Under the pieces are notes generated by a model that ran no database searches, was not told the origin of the DNA, and was given only the letters and a program-made list of their open reading frames with translations. Positions 21,032-32,381 of a stretch of 34,817 nt of DNA are shown here, one piece after another. Origin of the DNA: Pacificimonas sp. (GTDB lineage: Bacteria; Pseudomonadota; Alphaproteobacteria; Sphingomonadales; Sphingomonadaceae). The DNA lies in contig JBAUIQ010000303.1 of the NCBI GenBank assembly GCA_049683075.1, forward strand, positions 1-34,817, given 5' to 3'. How positions within the stretch are numbered: position 1 is the stretch's first letter; each line of letters opens with the position of its first letter. A program made the translations under genes and the position numbers.

Positions 21032-21466
21032 ATGTCATCAGCCATCACCACCTTCGTTCTTGTCGTCCATTCGCTGCTCGCGGTGGCGCTCGTCACCGTG
21101 ATTCTGATGCAGAAGTCGGAGGGCGGTGCGCTCGGGATCGGTGGTGGCCCGGGCGGGTTGATGTCGGCGCGCGGCGCAGGCAATTTCCTGACGAAGGCGA
21201 CCGGCTGGCTGGCGGCGATCTTTATCGGGACGTCGCTCGCGCTCGCAATCCTCGCAAGTCAGGGCCGCGACGTCAGCGCCATCGACACAAGCCTCGCCGA
21301 TGACCCGACGGCAGCGGCGCCCGCGACAGCTGACGAGGTCCAGGGCGACCTTCCGCTCGATCCGGCGCTAGCGTCGCCGACCGAGCCGCTCGACGAGGTG
21401 CCCTTTGCCATTCCGGGCTTCCCCGAGGCCGATGCGGGCGACGATGAGGTCCCGCTCGCCGAATAA
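21032..21466 (+). CDS. secG: Preprotein translocase subunit SecG
   Basis: Two TM helices with ILMQKSEGGALG and ARGAGNFLTK, acidic low-complexity tail; tpiA-secG-pyrG order. Confidence 0.93.
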   Translation: MSSAITTFVLVVHSLLAVALVTVILMQKSEGGALGIGGGPGGLMSARGAGNFLTKATGWLAAIFIGTSLALAILASQGRDVSAIDTSLADDPTAAAPATADEVQGDLPLDPALASPTEPLDEVPFAIPGFPEADAGDDEVPLAE

Positions 21467-21530
21467 ACTTCGCTCTTTCCGATTCTTCGGGTGGCAAATC
21501 CCGAAGCAGACGGAGTAAGGCAATCCTCCC

Positions 21531-23159
21531 ATGGCGCGGTTCATTTTCATTACTGGCGGCGTGGTTTCCTCGCTTGGCAAAGGTCTCATGGGCGCGTCTC
21601 TCGCGGCCCTGCTACAGGCGCGCGGCTACAAGGTCCGCATCCGGAAATTTGACCCCTATTTGAACGTCGATCCGGGGACGATGAGCCCCTACCAGCACGG
21701 CGAGGTTTACGTCACCGACGATGGTGCGGAGACCGATCTCGACCTTGGACATTATGAGCGTTTTACCGGCGTTCCGGGGCGGCAATCCGACAACATCACG
21801 TCGGGACGTGTTTATTCCGACATTATCGCAAAGGAACGGCGCGGCGACTATCTCGGCGCGACGGTGCAGGTCATCCCCCACGTCACGGACGCCATCCAGG
21901 ATTTCGCCAAGAACCTGACGGACGATCTAGACTTCGTGCTGTGCGAGATCGGCGGCACGGTTGGCGATATTGAATCGCTGCCCTTTATCGAGGCGATCCG
22001 CCAGCTGAGAAACGACGTCGGTGTCGAGAACGTCGTTTTCATCCATGTCACCCTGGTGCCCTACATCGCTGCGGCAGGTGAGCTGAAGACGAAGCCGACG
22101 CAGCATAGCGTCCGCGAACTGACCTCGCTCGGCATCCAGCCAGACATCCTCGTCTGTCGCTGCGAACGTGAATTGCCGGACGAGGAACGGCGGAAGATCG
22201 CGTTGTTCTGCAACGTCCGGAAAGAAGCGGTTATTCCTGCGCTCGACGCGAGCTCGATCTACGAGGTGCCGCTCAACTATCATGACGAGGGCCTCGACCG
22301 CGAAGTCCTCCGCGCCTTTGGCCAGGCTCCGCGCGTCGCACCGGACCTGTCGCGCTGGATCGACATTTCGGACCGTTTCCGCAATCCAGAGGGCGAAGTC
22401 ACGATCGGCGTTGTCGGCAAATATACCGGTCTGCAGGACGCCTATAAGTCTTTGCAGGAGGCGCTCGTTCATGGTGGCTTCGCCAACCGGGTGAAGGTCA
22501 ATATCCGATGGCTCGACAGCGAGCTGTTCGAGGGCGACGCGCCTGATGTTGACGAACTTGAGCCGCTAGACGCCATCCTTGTACCGGGCGGCTTCGGCAG
22601 CCGCGGTTCTGAAGGCAAGATCGCCGCCGTCAGCTTTGCCCGCGAACGGAAGGTGCCCTTCTTCGGTATCTGTCTCGGCATGCAGCTTGCCTGCGTCGAA
22701 AGCGCCCGCGCGCACGGCCTCGCCAAGTCCTCGACGACGGAGTTCGGCGAAACGTCCGAACCCGTGGTCGGGCTCATCACGGAATGGATGACGAAGGACG
22801 GTATCGAACGACGCGAGGCGGGCGGCGACTTAGGCGGCACGATGCGGCTAGGTGCCTATCCCGCGAAACTTGAGGCCGGGAGCCGGATTGCCGACATTTA
22901 CGGCGACACCGAAATCTCCGAGCGGCACCGTCATCGCTACGAGGTCAACAATGCCTATCGCGAGACGATGGCAGCGGATGGACTAAATATTGCGGGCGAA
23001 AGCCCCGATGGATTGCTCCCGGAAACGGTCGAGCGTGCGGACCACCCCTGGTTCGTCGCGGTACAGTTCCATCCGGAACTCAAATCCAAACCCTTCGATC
23101 CGCACCCCCTATTCAAGAGTTTTATCGAAGCGGCAGTGAAGCAGTCGCGTCTGGTGTAG
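21531..23159 (+). CDS. pyrG: CTP synthase
   Basis: [46 protein letters not shown]. Confidence 0.98.
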   Translation: MARFIFITGGVVSSLGKGLMGASLAALLQARGYKVRIRKFDPYLNVDPGTMSPYQHGEVYVTDDGAETDLDLGHYERFTGVPGRQSDNITSGRVYSDIIAKERRGDYLGATVQVIPHVTDAIQDFAKNLTDDLDFVLCEIGGTVGDIESLPFIEAIRQLRNDVGVENVVFIHVTLVPYIAAAGELKTKPTQHSVRELTSLGIQPDILVCRCERELPDEERRKIALFCNVRKEAVIPALDASSIYEVPLNYHDEGLDREVLRAFGQAPRVAPDLSRWIDISDRFRNPEGEVTIGVVGKYTGLQDAYKSLQEALVHGGFANRVKVNIRWLDSELFEGDAPDVDELEPLDAILVPGGFGSRGSEGKIAAVSFARERKVPFFGICLGMQLACVESARAHGLAKSSTTEFGETSEPVVGLITEWMTKDGIERREAGGDLGGTMRLGAYPAKLEAGSRIADIYGDTEISERHRHRYEVNNAYRETMAADGLNIAGESPDGLLPETVERADHPWFVAVQFHPELKSKPFDPHPLFKSFIEAAVKQSRLV

Positions 23160-23182
23160 GTCGCGATGCCGGACGCCTGACT

Positions 23183-23228
23183 AAAAACGAAAAACGGGCC
23201 GACCGTTCCCCCCAGAACGTCCGACCCG
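23183..23228 (-). terminator. Rho-independent terminator (minus strand)
   Basis: CGGGUCGGACGUUC-UGGGGG-GAACGGUCGGCCCG-UUUUUCGUUUUU; 13 of 14 positions paired, including two G-U. Confidence 0.75.
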
Positions 23229-23320
23229 CTATCCTGCATGCGCGACGAGAAACTCTTGCGATGCCCAACCTGGTTGGCATCCCGGACCCCAGTCCTGCAA
23301 GCTGAGTCCGTCCGCCGATG
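23183..23320 (-). ncRNA. Putative small RNA of about 135 nt, on the opposite strand to both flanking genes
   Basis: Three hairpins (23283-23310, 23260-23281, 23195-23228), the last followed by UUUUUCGUUUUU on the minus strand. G-U pairs form only on the minus strand. Candidate promoter TTGCGG-N16-TAGCAA at 23353-23326. No credible minus-strand CDS feeds this terminator. Confidence 0.6.
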
Positions 23321-23366
23321 ATATTTTGCTACCGCGCTGTTGTCTCGCCGCAACGCTCGGGCGTGC

Positions 23367-23394
23367 TTGAACGCCTTCGTCGCCATGCTAAGCG
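23367..23394 (+). promoter_or_regulatory. Putative sigma70 promoter of proS (leaderless geometry)
   Basis: (C)TTGAAC-N16-TAAGCG (context GCTAAG), ending 8 nt before ATG 23403; no SD. Confidence 0.5.
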
Positions 23395-23402
23395 CCCGGG
23401 CC

Positions 23403-24692
23403 ATGCGTATGTCCCGAACTTTCGTGCCGATCCTCAAGGAAACCCCGTCGGATGCGGAGATCGTCTCGCACCAACTGATGCTGCGCGCTGGAATGATCCG
23501 GCAAACATCGGCAGGAATCTACGCCTGGCTGCCGCTCGGCCAGCGCGTCCTCCAGAAGATCGCTGACATTGTGAGGCGAGAGCAGGACCGGGCGGGCGCG
23601 GCGGAATGGCTGATGCCGACGATCCAGCCCGCCGACCTGTGGCGGGAATCAGGTCGCTACGACGCCTACGGCCCGGAAATGCTGCGCATCAAGGACCGGC
23701 ATGACCGGGACATGCTCTACGGGCCCACAAATGAGGAGATGATCACCTCAATCTTCATGGGCGGGGCGAAATCCTATCGCGACCTGCCGAAGATGTTCTA
23801 CCATATCCAGTGGAAGTTTCGCGACGAGACGCGCCCCCGCTTCGGCGTCATGCGTGGCCGTGAGTTCCTGATGAAGGACGCCTACAGCTTCGACCTCGAC
23901 GAGGCGGGCATGACGGCGAGCTATCAGACGCAGTTCCGCGCCTATCTCCGAACCTTCGCCGCGCTCGGCCTGAAGGCCGTCCCTGTCCGCGCGCCGACCG
24001 GTCCCATCGGCGGCGACCTCAGCCACGAGTTTCACGTGCTCGCCGACACGGGCGAGAGCGCTATTTATTATGATGCTGCGCTTGAGGACATCGACATCGA
24101 AGCACCCGACGCCGTCGACCGTCTGTCCGCCACCTATGCGATGGAGGAAGAGGAGCATGAGAAGGTCGCGGACTGCCCCGTGCCAGCTGACCGCCTCCTA
24201 AAACGCCGCGGTATTGAGGTGGGCCACATCTTCGCGTTCGGCGATAAATATACGAAGTCGATGGGCTATAGCGTGCAGGACAAGGATGGCGGCACGGTTC
24301 ATCCGCTGGGCGGCAGCTATGGCATCGGCGTATCCCGCATTGCCGCCGCCGCCATCGAGGCGAGTCACGACGACGACGGCATTGTCTGGCCTGAACAAAT
24401 CGCGCCCTACCATGTCGGCCTCATCAATTTGCGCCAAGGCGACGATGCCTGTGACGCAGCCTGCGCGGACCTTTACGCAAAGCTGACGGGCGCCGACATC
24501 GACGTCCTTTACGACGACCGCGACGAGCGCGGTGGCGCGAAGTTCGCTGGTATGGACCTCATCGGCTTGCCTTGGCAGGTGATCGTCGGACCGCGTGGGG
24601 TAAAGAGCGGTGTGGTCGAAGTGAAGAACAGGCGAACGGGCGAACGTAGCGAAGTTGCGCCGGAAGACGTTATGGCCATGGTGGCGGCGTGA
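23403..24692 (+). CDS. proS: Proline--tRNA ligase (short alphaproteobacterial type without the INS editing domain)
   Basis: [60 protein letters not shown], anticodon domain YDDRDER. Confidence 0.96.
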   Translation: MRMSRTFVPILKETPSDAEIVSHQLMLRAGMIRQTSAGIYAWLPLGQRVLQKIADIVRREQDRAGAAEWLMPTIQPADLWRESGRYDAYGPEMLRIKDRHDRDMLYGPTNEEMITSIFMGGAKSYRDLPKMFYHIQWKFRDETRPRFGVMRGREFLMKDAYSFDLDEAGMTASYQTQFRAYLRTFAALGLKAVPVRAPTGPIGGDLSHEFHVLADTGESAIYYDAALEDIDIEAPDAVDRLSATYAMEEEEHEKVADCPVPADRLLKRRGIEVGHIFAFGDKYTKSMGYSVQDKDGGTVHPLGGSYGIGVSRIAAAAIEASHDDDGIVWPEQIAPYHVGLINLRQGDDACDAACADLYAKLTGADIDVLYDDRDERGGAKFAGMDLIGLPWQVIVGPRGVKSGVVEVKNRRTGERSEVAPEDVMAMVAA

Positions 24693-24720
24693 AACGCCGC
24701 AGCGAGTGGGGCCTTTCTAG

Positions 24721-25971
24721 ATGATTACCGCCTACGAACGGACCCTTGCGCGCCGCTATCTGCTGCCCGGCCGCGGCGAAGGCTTCATCTTCCTTGTCGC
24801 CGTCATCAGCCTGATCGCCGTTGCCCTCGGCGTCGCCGCGCTGATTGCAGTCATGTCGGTCATGAACGGCTTTCGCGCCGAACTGTTCGAGCGCATCAAC
24901 GGTCTCAACGGCGACGCCGTCGTGCAAGGGTTTGGCGGGCAGCTCGCCGATTGGGACCCGCTCGTCGACCAGATCAACGATCTTCCCGGCGTTACCTCCG
25001 TGACGCCGCTCATCGAACAACCGCTGCTTGCCAGCTATCGCAACCGCGCCAGTCCCGTCCTGATGCGGGGCATGCGCTTTCAGGATCTCGGCACGATCCC
25101 CGAGCTGGCAGGCGGCGTCGTGCAGGGCGACTTCCTGACCGTCTGGCGTGGCGACGAACCGCGCGTCGCGATCGGCTCGCGTCTTGCCGAACAGATGGGT
25201 GTCGGTGTCGGCGATACGATCAGCCTTATCTCGCCGGAGGGGCAGGTCACGCCGTTTGGCACGACCCCGCGCATCGTTCCCTATCAGGTCGGCGCGATCT
25301 TCGAGGTCGGCATCTTCGAGTATGACAAGACCATGGTCCTGATGCCGATGGCGGACGCGCAGGTGTATCTCCGGCTCGGCGAGGATGTCGGCCTCCTCAC
25401 TATCGACGTCGAGGATGCCGATGCCGTCGACACGATCCTCGCGCCGGTGCAGCAGATCGTCGCCGGGCGTGGTGTGCTGGTCGACTGGCGGCAGATGAAC
25501 GGCGTCCTGTTTCAAACGCTTCAGGTCGAGCGCACCGTCCTTTTCGTCGTCGTCGGTTTCATCGTCATCGTCGCCTGCTTCAACATCCTCACCAGCCTCA
25601 TCATGCTCGTGCGCGCCAAGACCAAGGACATCGCCATCCTCCGCACCATGGGCGCAGGGCGCGGCGCGATGATGCGCGTTTTCGTGACTGTCGGCACGTT
25701 GATTGGTGCGGCGGGCATTGGACTCGGCCTCCTCCTCGGCTTCACTTTCCTCGCCTTTCGTCAAAACGTCGTCGAGGGTATCGGCGCGCTGACAGGGGTC
25801 GACCTTTGGGATCCGTCGATCCGCTTCCTCAGCGAGCTCCCGGCGCGCACGAACCCGGTCGAAGTCATCGCCATTTGCGTCATCGCGCTGGTGCTGAGTT
25901 TCCTCGCGACACTCTATCCCGCCTGGAAGGCAGCGAATACCGACCCGGTCGAGGTGCTGCGTTATGAGTAG
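24721..25971 (+). CDS. lolE: Lipoprotein-releasing ABC transporter permease (LolC/LolE family)
   Basis: [57 protein letters not shown]. Confidence 0.92.
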   Translation: MITAYERTLARRYLLPGRGEGFIFLVAVISLIAVALGVAALIAVMSVMNGFRAELFERINGLNGDAVVQGFGGQLADWDPLVDQINDLPGVTSVTPLIEQPLLASYRNRASPVLMRGMRFQDLGTIPELAGGVVQGDFLTVWRGDEPRVAIGSRLAEQMGVGVGDTISLISPEGQVTPFGTTPRIVPYQVGAIFEVGIFEYDKTMVLMPMADAQVYLRLGEDVGLLTIDVEDADAVDTILAPVQQIVAGRGVLVDWRQMNGVLFQTLQVERTVLFVVVGFIVIVACFNILTSLIMLVRAKTKDIAILRTMGAGRGAMMRVFVTVGTLIGAAGIGLGLLLGFTFLAFRQNVVEGIGALTGVDLWDPSIRFLSELPARTNPVEVIAICVIALVLSFLATLYPAWKAANTDPVEVLRYE

Positions 25972-26653
25972 CCCCGTTCTCGACGTCACCGGCCTGTCGC
26001 GCAGTTTCACGCAAGGGTCGGTTACCATCGACGTTCTGCGCGGCGTCGACCTCGCTGTCGGGCCGGGTGAGATCGTCGCGCTGCTCGGGCCATCGGGTAG
26101 TGGCAAGTCAACGATGCTGCAGGCCATCGGCCTTCTGGAAGGCGGCTTCGACGGTCGCATCGCCATCGACGGCGAGGCGGTCGAAACGGCGGACGCCTTC
26201 ATGCGAACGCGCGTCCGGCGCGAGAAGCTGGGCTTCGTTTATCAGTTCCACCACCTCCTCCCCGACTTCACAGCCGAAGAGAATGTCGTGATGCCGCAGC
26301 TTATCGCGGGTGAGGGGCGAAAAGTGGCGCTCGGCCATGCGCGCGATCTCCTCACCGAACTCGGGCTTGGCCAGCGGCTGACGCACCGCCCGAGCCAGCT
26401 CTCCGGCGGCGAGCAGCAGCGTGTCGCCGTTGCCCGCGCGCTCGCCAATAAGCCGGTCCTTGTGCTTGCGGATGAACCCACAGGAAATCTCGACGAGGCG
26501 ACGTCGGCGCGTGTGCTCGCCGAGTTCATGAAGGTTGTGCGCGGCAAGGGAAGCGCGGCGCTCATCGCGACGCACAATGTCGCGCTCGCCGCGCAGATGG
26601 ACCGTATTGTCGAACTGCACGAAGGCCAGCTGGTTCAGCGCGAGGATTTGTAA
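25964..26653 (+). CDS. lolD: Lipoprotein-releasing ABC transporter ATP-binding protein
   Basis: Walker [10 protein letters not shown], LolD motif [28 protein letters not shown]. Confidence 0.93.
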   Translation: MSSPVLDVTGLSRSFTQGSVTIDVLRGVDLAVGPGEIVALLGPSGSGKSTMLQAIGLLEGGFDGRIAIDGEAVETADAFMRTRVRREKLGFVYQFHHLLPDFTAEENVVMPQLIAGEGRKVALGHARDLLTELGLGQRLTHRPSQLSGGEQQRVAVARALANKPVLVLADEPTGNLDEATSARVLAEFMKVVRGKGSAALIATHNVALAAQMDRIVELHEGQLVQREDL

Positions 26654-26680
26654 GAGGTTAGTGCTGCGACCGATGCGGCT

Positions 26681-28264
26681 ATGACGTTCCCTATGATCGT
26701 ACGTCATCTTCTCACGTCGCTCGCCGTCTTAGGGTTGTCCGTGTCACCTGCAGCCGCTCAGGACGAGGCGGCCCCCGTCGCCGCAACCCAATATGGCGAC
26801 GTTCGCGGCCTGATGGACGACGGCGTCGCCGTGTTTCGGGGAATTCGCTATGGCGCGGACACGTCGGACAGGCGCTTCCAGCCAGCGCTGCCGCCGATGC
26901 CTTGGGCCGACGTGAAAGACGCGACGAGCTGGGGCGATGCGATCCCGCAGCCACAGCTGACGACGGCGCTGTTTTCCGACTGGGCTCCGGTTCCGGACGA
27001 GGGCACGAGCGAGGACGTCCTGTTCCTCAATGTCTGGACACCTGCAGTCGACGACGAGTCACGGCCCGTCATGGTCTGGTTCCACGGCGGCGGCTTCACC
27101 TCCGGCTCCGGCGCGGCGCGCGTGTACGATGGCGTCAATCTCGCTCAGCGTGGTGACGTCGTTCTCGTTACTGTCAACCATCGGCTGAACGCCTTCGGAT
27201 ATCTCGATCTCGACGGCATGGGCGACGCCTATGCGGACAGCGCGAATGTCGGCAGCCTCGACATGGTGATGGCGCTTGAATGGGTGCGCGATAACATTGC
27301 GGGCTTTGGCGGCGATCCCGAGACCGTCACGATCTTTGGCGAATCCGGTGGTGGCGGAAAGGTCTTCAACCTGATGGCCATACCGGCCGCCGAGGGCTTG
27401 TTCGACCGCGCCATCGTACAGTCCGGCTCGCAGTTCAATACGAAAACCCAGGAAGAGGTCGCCGCCGCGCGGGATCGCTTGATGGCTGAACTGGGCGTCG
27501 AAGACGTCGCCGGTCTTGAGGCCGCCTCCGCCGAGGGCATCATTGCCGCAATCGAGGCTTTGGAAGAGCGCGGTGAGGGGATGGCGTTCGGCTATTCCTA
27601 TGACAGTCGCAACGTCGTGCGCGAGCCGGGTGCAGCAGATGTACCGTCACCGACGGTTCCGCTGCTGATGGGAACGACCAAGGACGAGATGCGCCTGTTC
27701 CTAGCGGCTGATCCATCGGTCTTTACGATCGGTTTCGGAGACCTGCCTGCGCGGCTTGCTCCCTTCATGGGGAGTAGTGAGGCCGCAGCGCTGACGGCGG
27801 CCTATCGCATGCTGATGCCGGAAGCGTCCGCGTTCGAAATCCTTGCCGCCATCGCCAGTGACCTGACGTTCCGGCGTGGCGCCGTGCTCGCTGCCAAGCG
27901 CCGCGCTGCCGAAGAAGGTGCGGCGCCGGTCTGGCTCTATCAGCTCGACTGGGGCTCGCCGGTAATGGGCGGTGCGCTTGGCGCGATGCACGCGCTCGAT
28001 CTCGCCTTCATGTTCGACAACACCGAATACAGCCAGTCCATTGCGGGCGACCCCGCGGCGAACCAGCCTATCGCTGATCAGATGTCGGAAGCGTGGATCG
28101 CCTTTGCGCGTACCGGCAACCCCAACACGGACCGGCTGCCGGATTGGCCCGCCTTCACGGCGGAAACACGCCAGGTCATGCACTTCGACACAGACCCGCA
28201 GGTCCATGCCGGATATTTTGCCGCGCAGGAGCAAATTTACCGGACCGCCCCAGAGCCGCGCTGA
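26681..28264 (+). CDS. Secreted type-B carboxylesterase (PnbA/COesterase family)
   Basis: Signal peptide ending PAAA|Q; oxyanion loop WFHGGGF; nucleophile elbow FGESGGG; catalytic Glu (GTTKDE) and His (GAMHALDL); WIAFARTGNPN. Alternative start at 26693. Confidence 0.9.
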   Translation: MTFPMIVRHLLTSLAVLGLSVSPAAAQDEAAPVAATQYGDVRGLMDDGVAVFRGIRYGADTSDRRFQPALPPMPWADVKDATSWGDAIPQPQLTTALFSDWAPVPDEGTSEDVLFLNVWTPAVDDESRPVMVWFHGGGFTSGSGAARVYDGVNLAQRGDVVLVTVNHRLNAFGYLDLDGMGDAYADSANVGSLDMVMALEWVRDNIAGFGGDPETVTIFGESGGGGKVFNLMAIPAAEGLFDRAIVQSGSQFNTKTQEEVAAARDRLMAELGVEDVAGLEAASAEGIIAAIEALEERGEGMAFGYSYDSRNVVREPGAADVPSPTVPLLMGTTKDEMRLFLAADPSVFTIGFGDLPARLAPFMGSSEAAALTAAYRMLMPEASAFEILAAIASDLTFRRGAVLAAKRRAAEEGAAPVWLYQLDWGSPVMGGALGAMHALDLAFMFDNTEYSQSIAGDPAANQPIADQMSEAWIAFARTGNPNTDRLPDWPAFTAETRQVMHFDTDPQVHAGYFAAQEQIYRTAPEPR

Positions 28265-28289
28265 CGAATCAGTCGGGGTCGGTTAGGCG
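28261..28289 (+). promoter_or_regulatory. Putative leaderless sigma70 promoter of dnaE with a GANTC site
   Basis: CTGACG-N17-TAGGCG-N6-ATG; GAATC at 28266-28270. Confidence 0.45.
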
Positions 28290-28295
28290 GTAAGA

Positions 28296-31793
<3,498 letters not shown>

Positions 31794-31891
31794 AGCTGGG
31801 CAGTGAAGATTAAGAGAATTCTATAAAATTAATCGGTTAATCGCTTCGGCGACGGTCGAATTGTGGCATTTGATTGCGACTCAGAAAAATC

Positions 31892-31920
31892 TTGCATCTG
31901 TTTTGAGTGGCACTTAAAGC
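31892..31920 (+). promoter_or_regulatory. Putative sigma70 promoter of the small secreted protein gene
   Basis: (C)TTGCAT-N17-TAAAGC in the only clearly AT-rich intergenic stretch, followed by a 5' hairpin TTGAGT-GAA-ACTCAA (31934-31948) and an AAAGGA RBS. Confidence 0.45.
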
Positions 31921-31969
31921 ACTGCTCAGTTAGTTGAGTGAAACTCAAAAAACCTCGAAAGGATCCTCC

Positions 31970-32263
31970 ATGAGCCGCCTTACGTCACTTGCCATCGCTG
32001 TTTCCCTGACCACGTTGACCGTCGGCACGGCCTTCGCGCCCGTCCACGCCGCAACCGATTATGACCGTCAGTGCGAGACGATGCCCGCCGACATCCGCGC
32101 CGCCGCTATTGGTGCCGAGGACCGCGCTGCCCGCCGTGCCGTTTCCAAGGCCGAAATCGGCGCCGCTCTTTGCGAGGCCGGTAACGAACGTGGCGCGTCG
32201 AAGAAGTTCAAACAGGCGTTGAAGGCGCTTGGCATCGAGAAGGAAGAGCTGGCCCAGCGCTAA
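31970..32263 (+). CDS. Hypothetical small secreted protein (97 aa, two Cys)
   Basis: AAAGGA RBS, Sec signal peptide ending PVHA|A, GC-rich third codon positions, own terminator; mature part about 70 aa, Ala-rich, with 2 Cys. Confidence 0.8.
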   Translation: MSRLTSLAIAVSLTTLTVGTAFAPVHAATDYDRQCETMPADIRAAAIGAEDRAARRAVSKAEIGAALCEAGNERGASKKFKQALKALGIEKEELAQR

Positions 32264-32314
32264 GTCTCGACCAAAGGCCCGCACCAATGCCCTCCCTGGC
32301 GGTGCGGTGAGATG

Positions 32315-32355
32315 AAGGTCGTCGCGATCTCCCGTCGCGGCGGCCTTTCCTTTTT
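32315..32355 (+). terminator. Rho-independent terminator after the small secreted protein gene
   Basis: AAGGUCGUCGCGA-UCUCCCG-UCGCGGCGGCCUU-UCCUUUUU; 13 bp including two G-U. Confidence 0.8.
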
Positions 32356-32381
32356 CCGCCACGGCTGGCACGTCGCGCCGG

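Noticed and set aside
23208..23214. Direct pairing between the sRNA UGGGGG loop and the CUCCC loops at 32292 and 32329 as a cognate pair
   Set aside because: Only about 6 bp with a wobble; too short to support a specific partnership without RIL-seq or IntaRNA evidence.
23205..23218. GTTC...GAAC as a second SOS box
   Set aside because: It is an inverted arrangement forming the terminator stem, not the GTTC-N7-GTTC direct repeat.
22955..23437. 160-aa minus-strand ORF spanning the pyrG end and the intergenic region
   Set aside because: It overlaps pyrG and proS antisense, reads through a strong terminator and has no motifs; an RNA explanation fits better.
24670..26202. 510-aa antisense ORF over lolE/lolD, and similar long shadow ORFs (12321-13508, 626-1639, 18455-19345, 29934-30632)
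   Set aside because: They lie opposite well-supported genes, have no recognisable motifs, and are the expected by-product of high-GC codon bias.
31810..31840. Full CtrA box (TTAA-N7-TTAA)
   Set aside because: TTAA occurs at 31810, 31829 and 31837, with spacings of 15 and 4 nt rather than 7; only a half-site is supportable.
31864..31877. Sigma54 promoter TGGCATTTGATTGC
   Set aside because: The GG-to-GC spacing is 9 nt instead of the strict 10.
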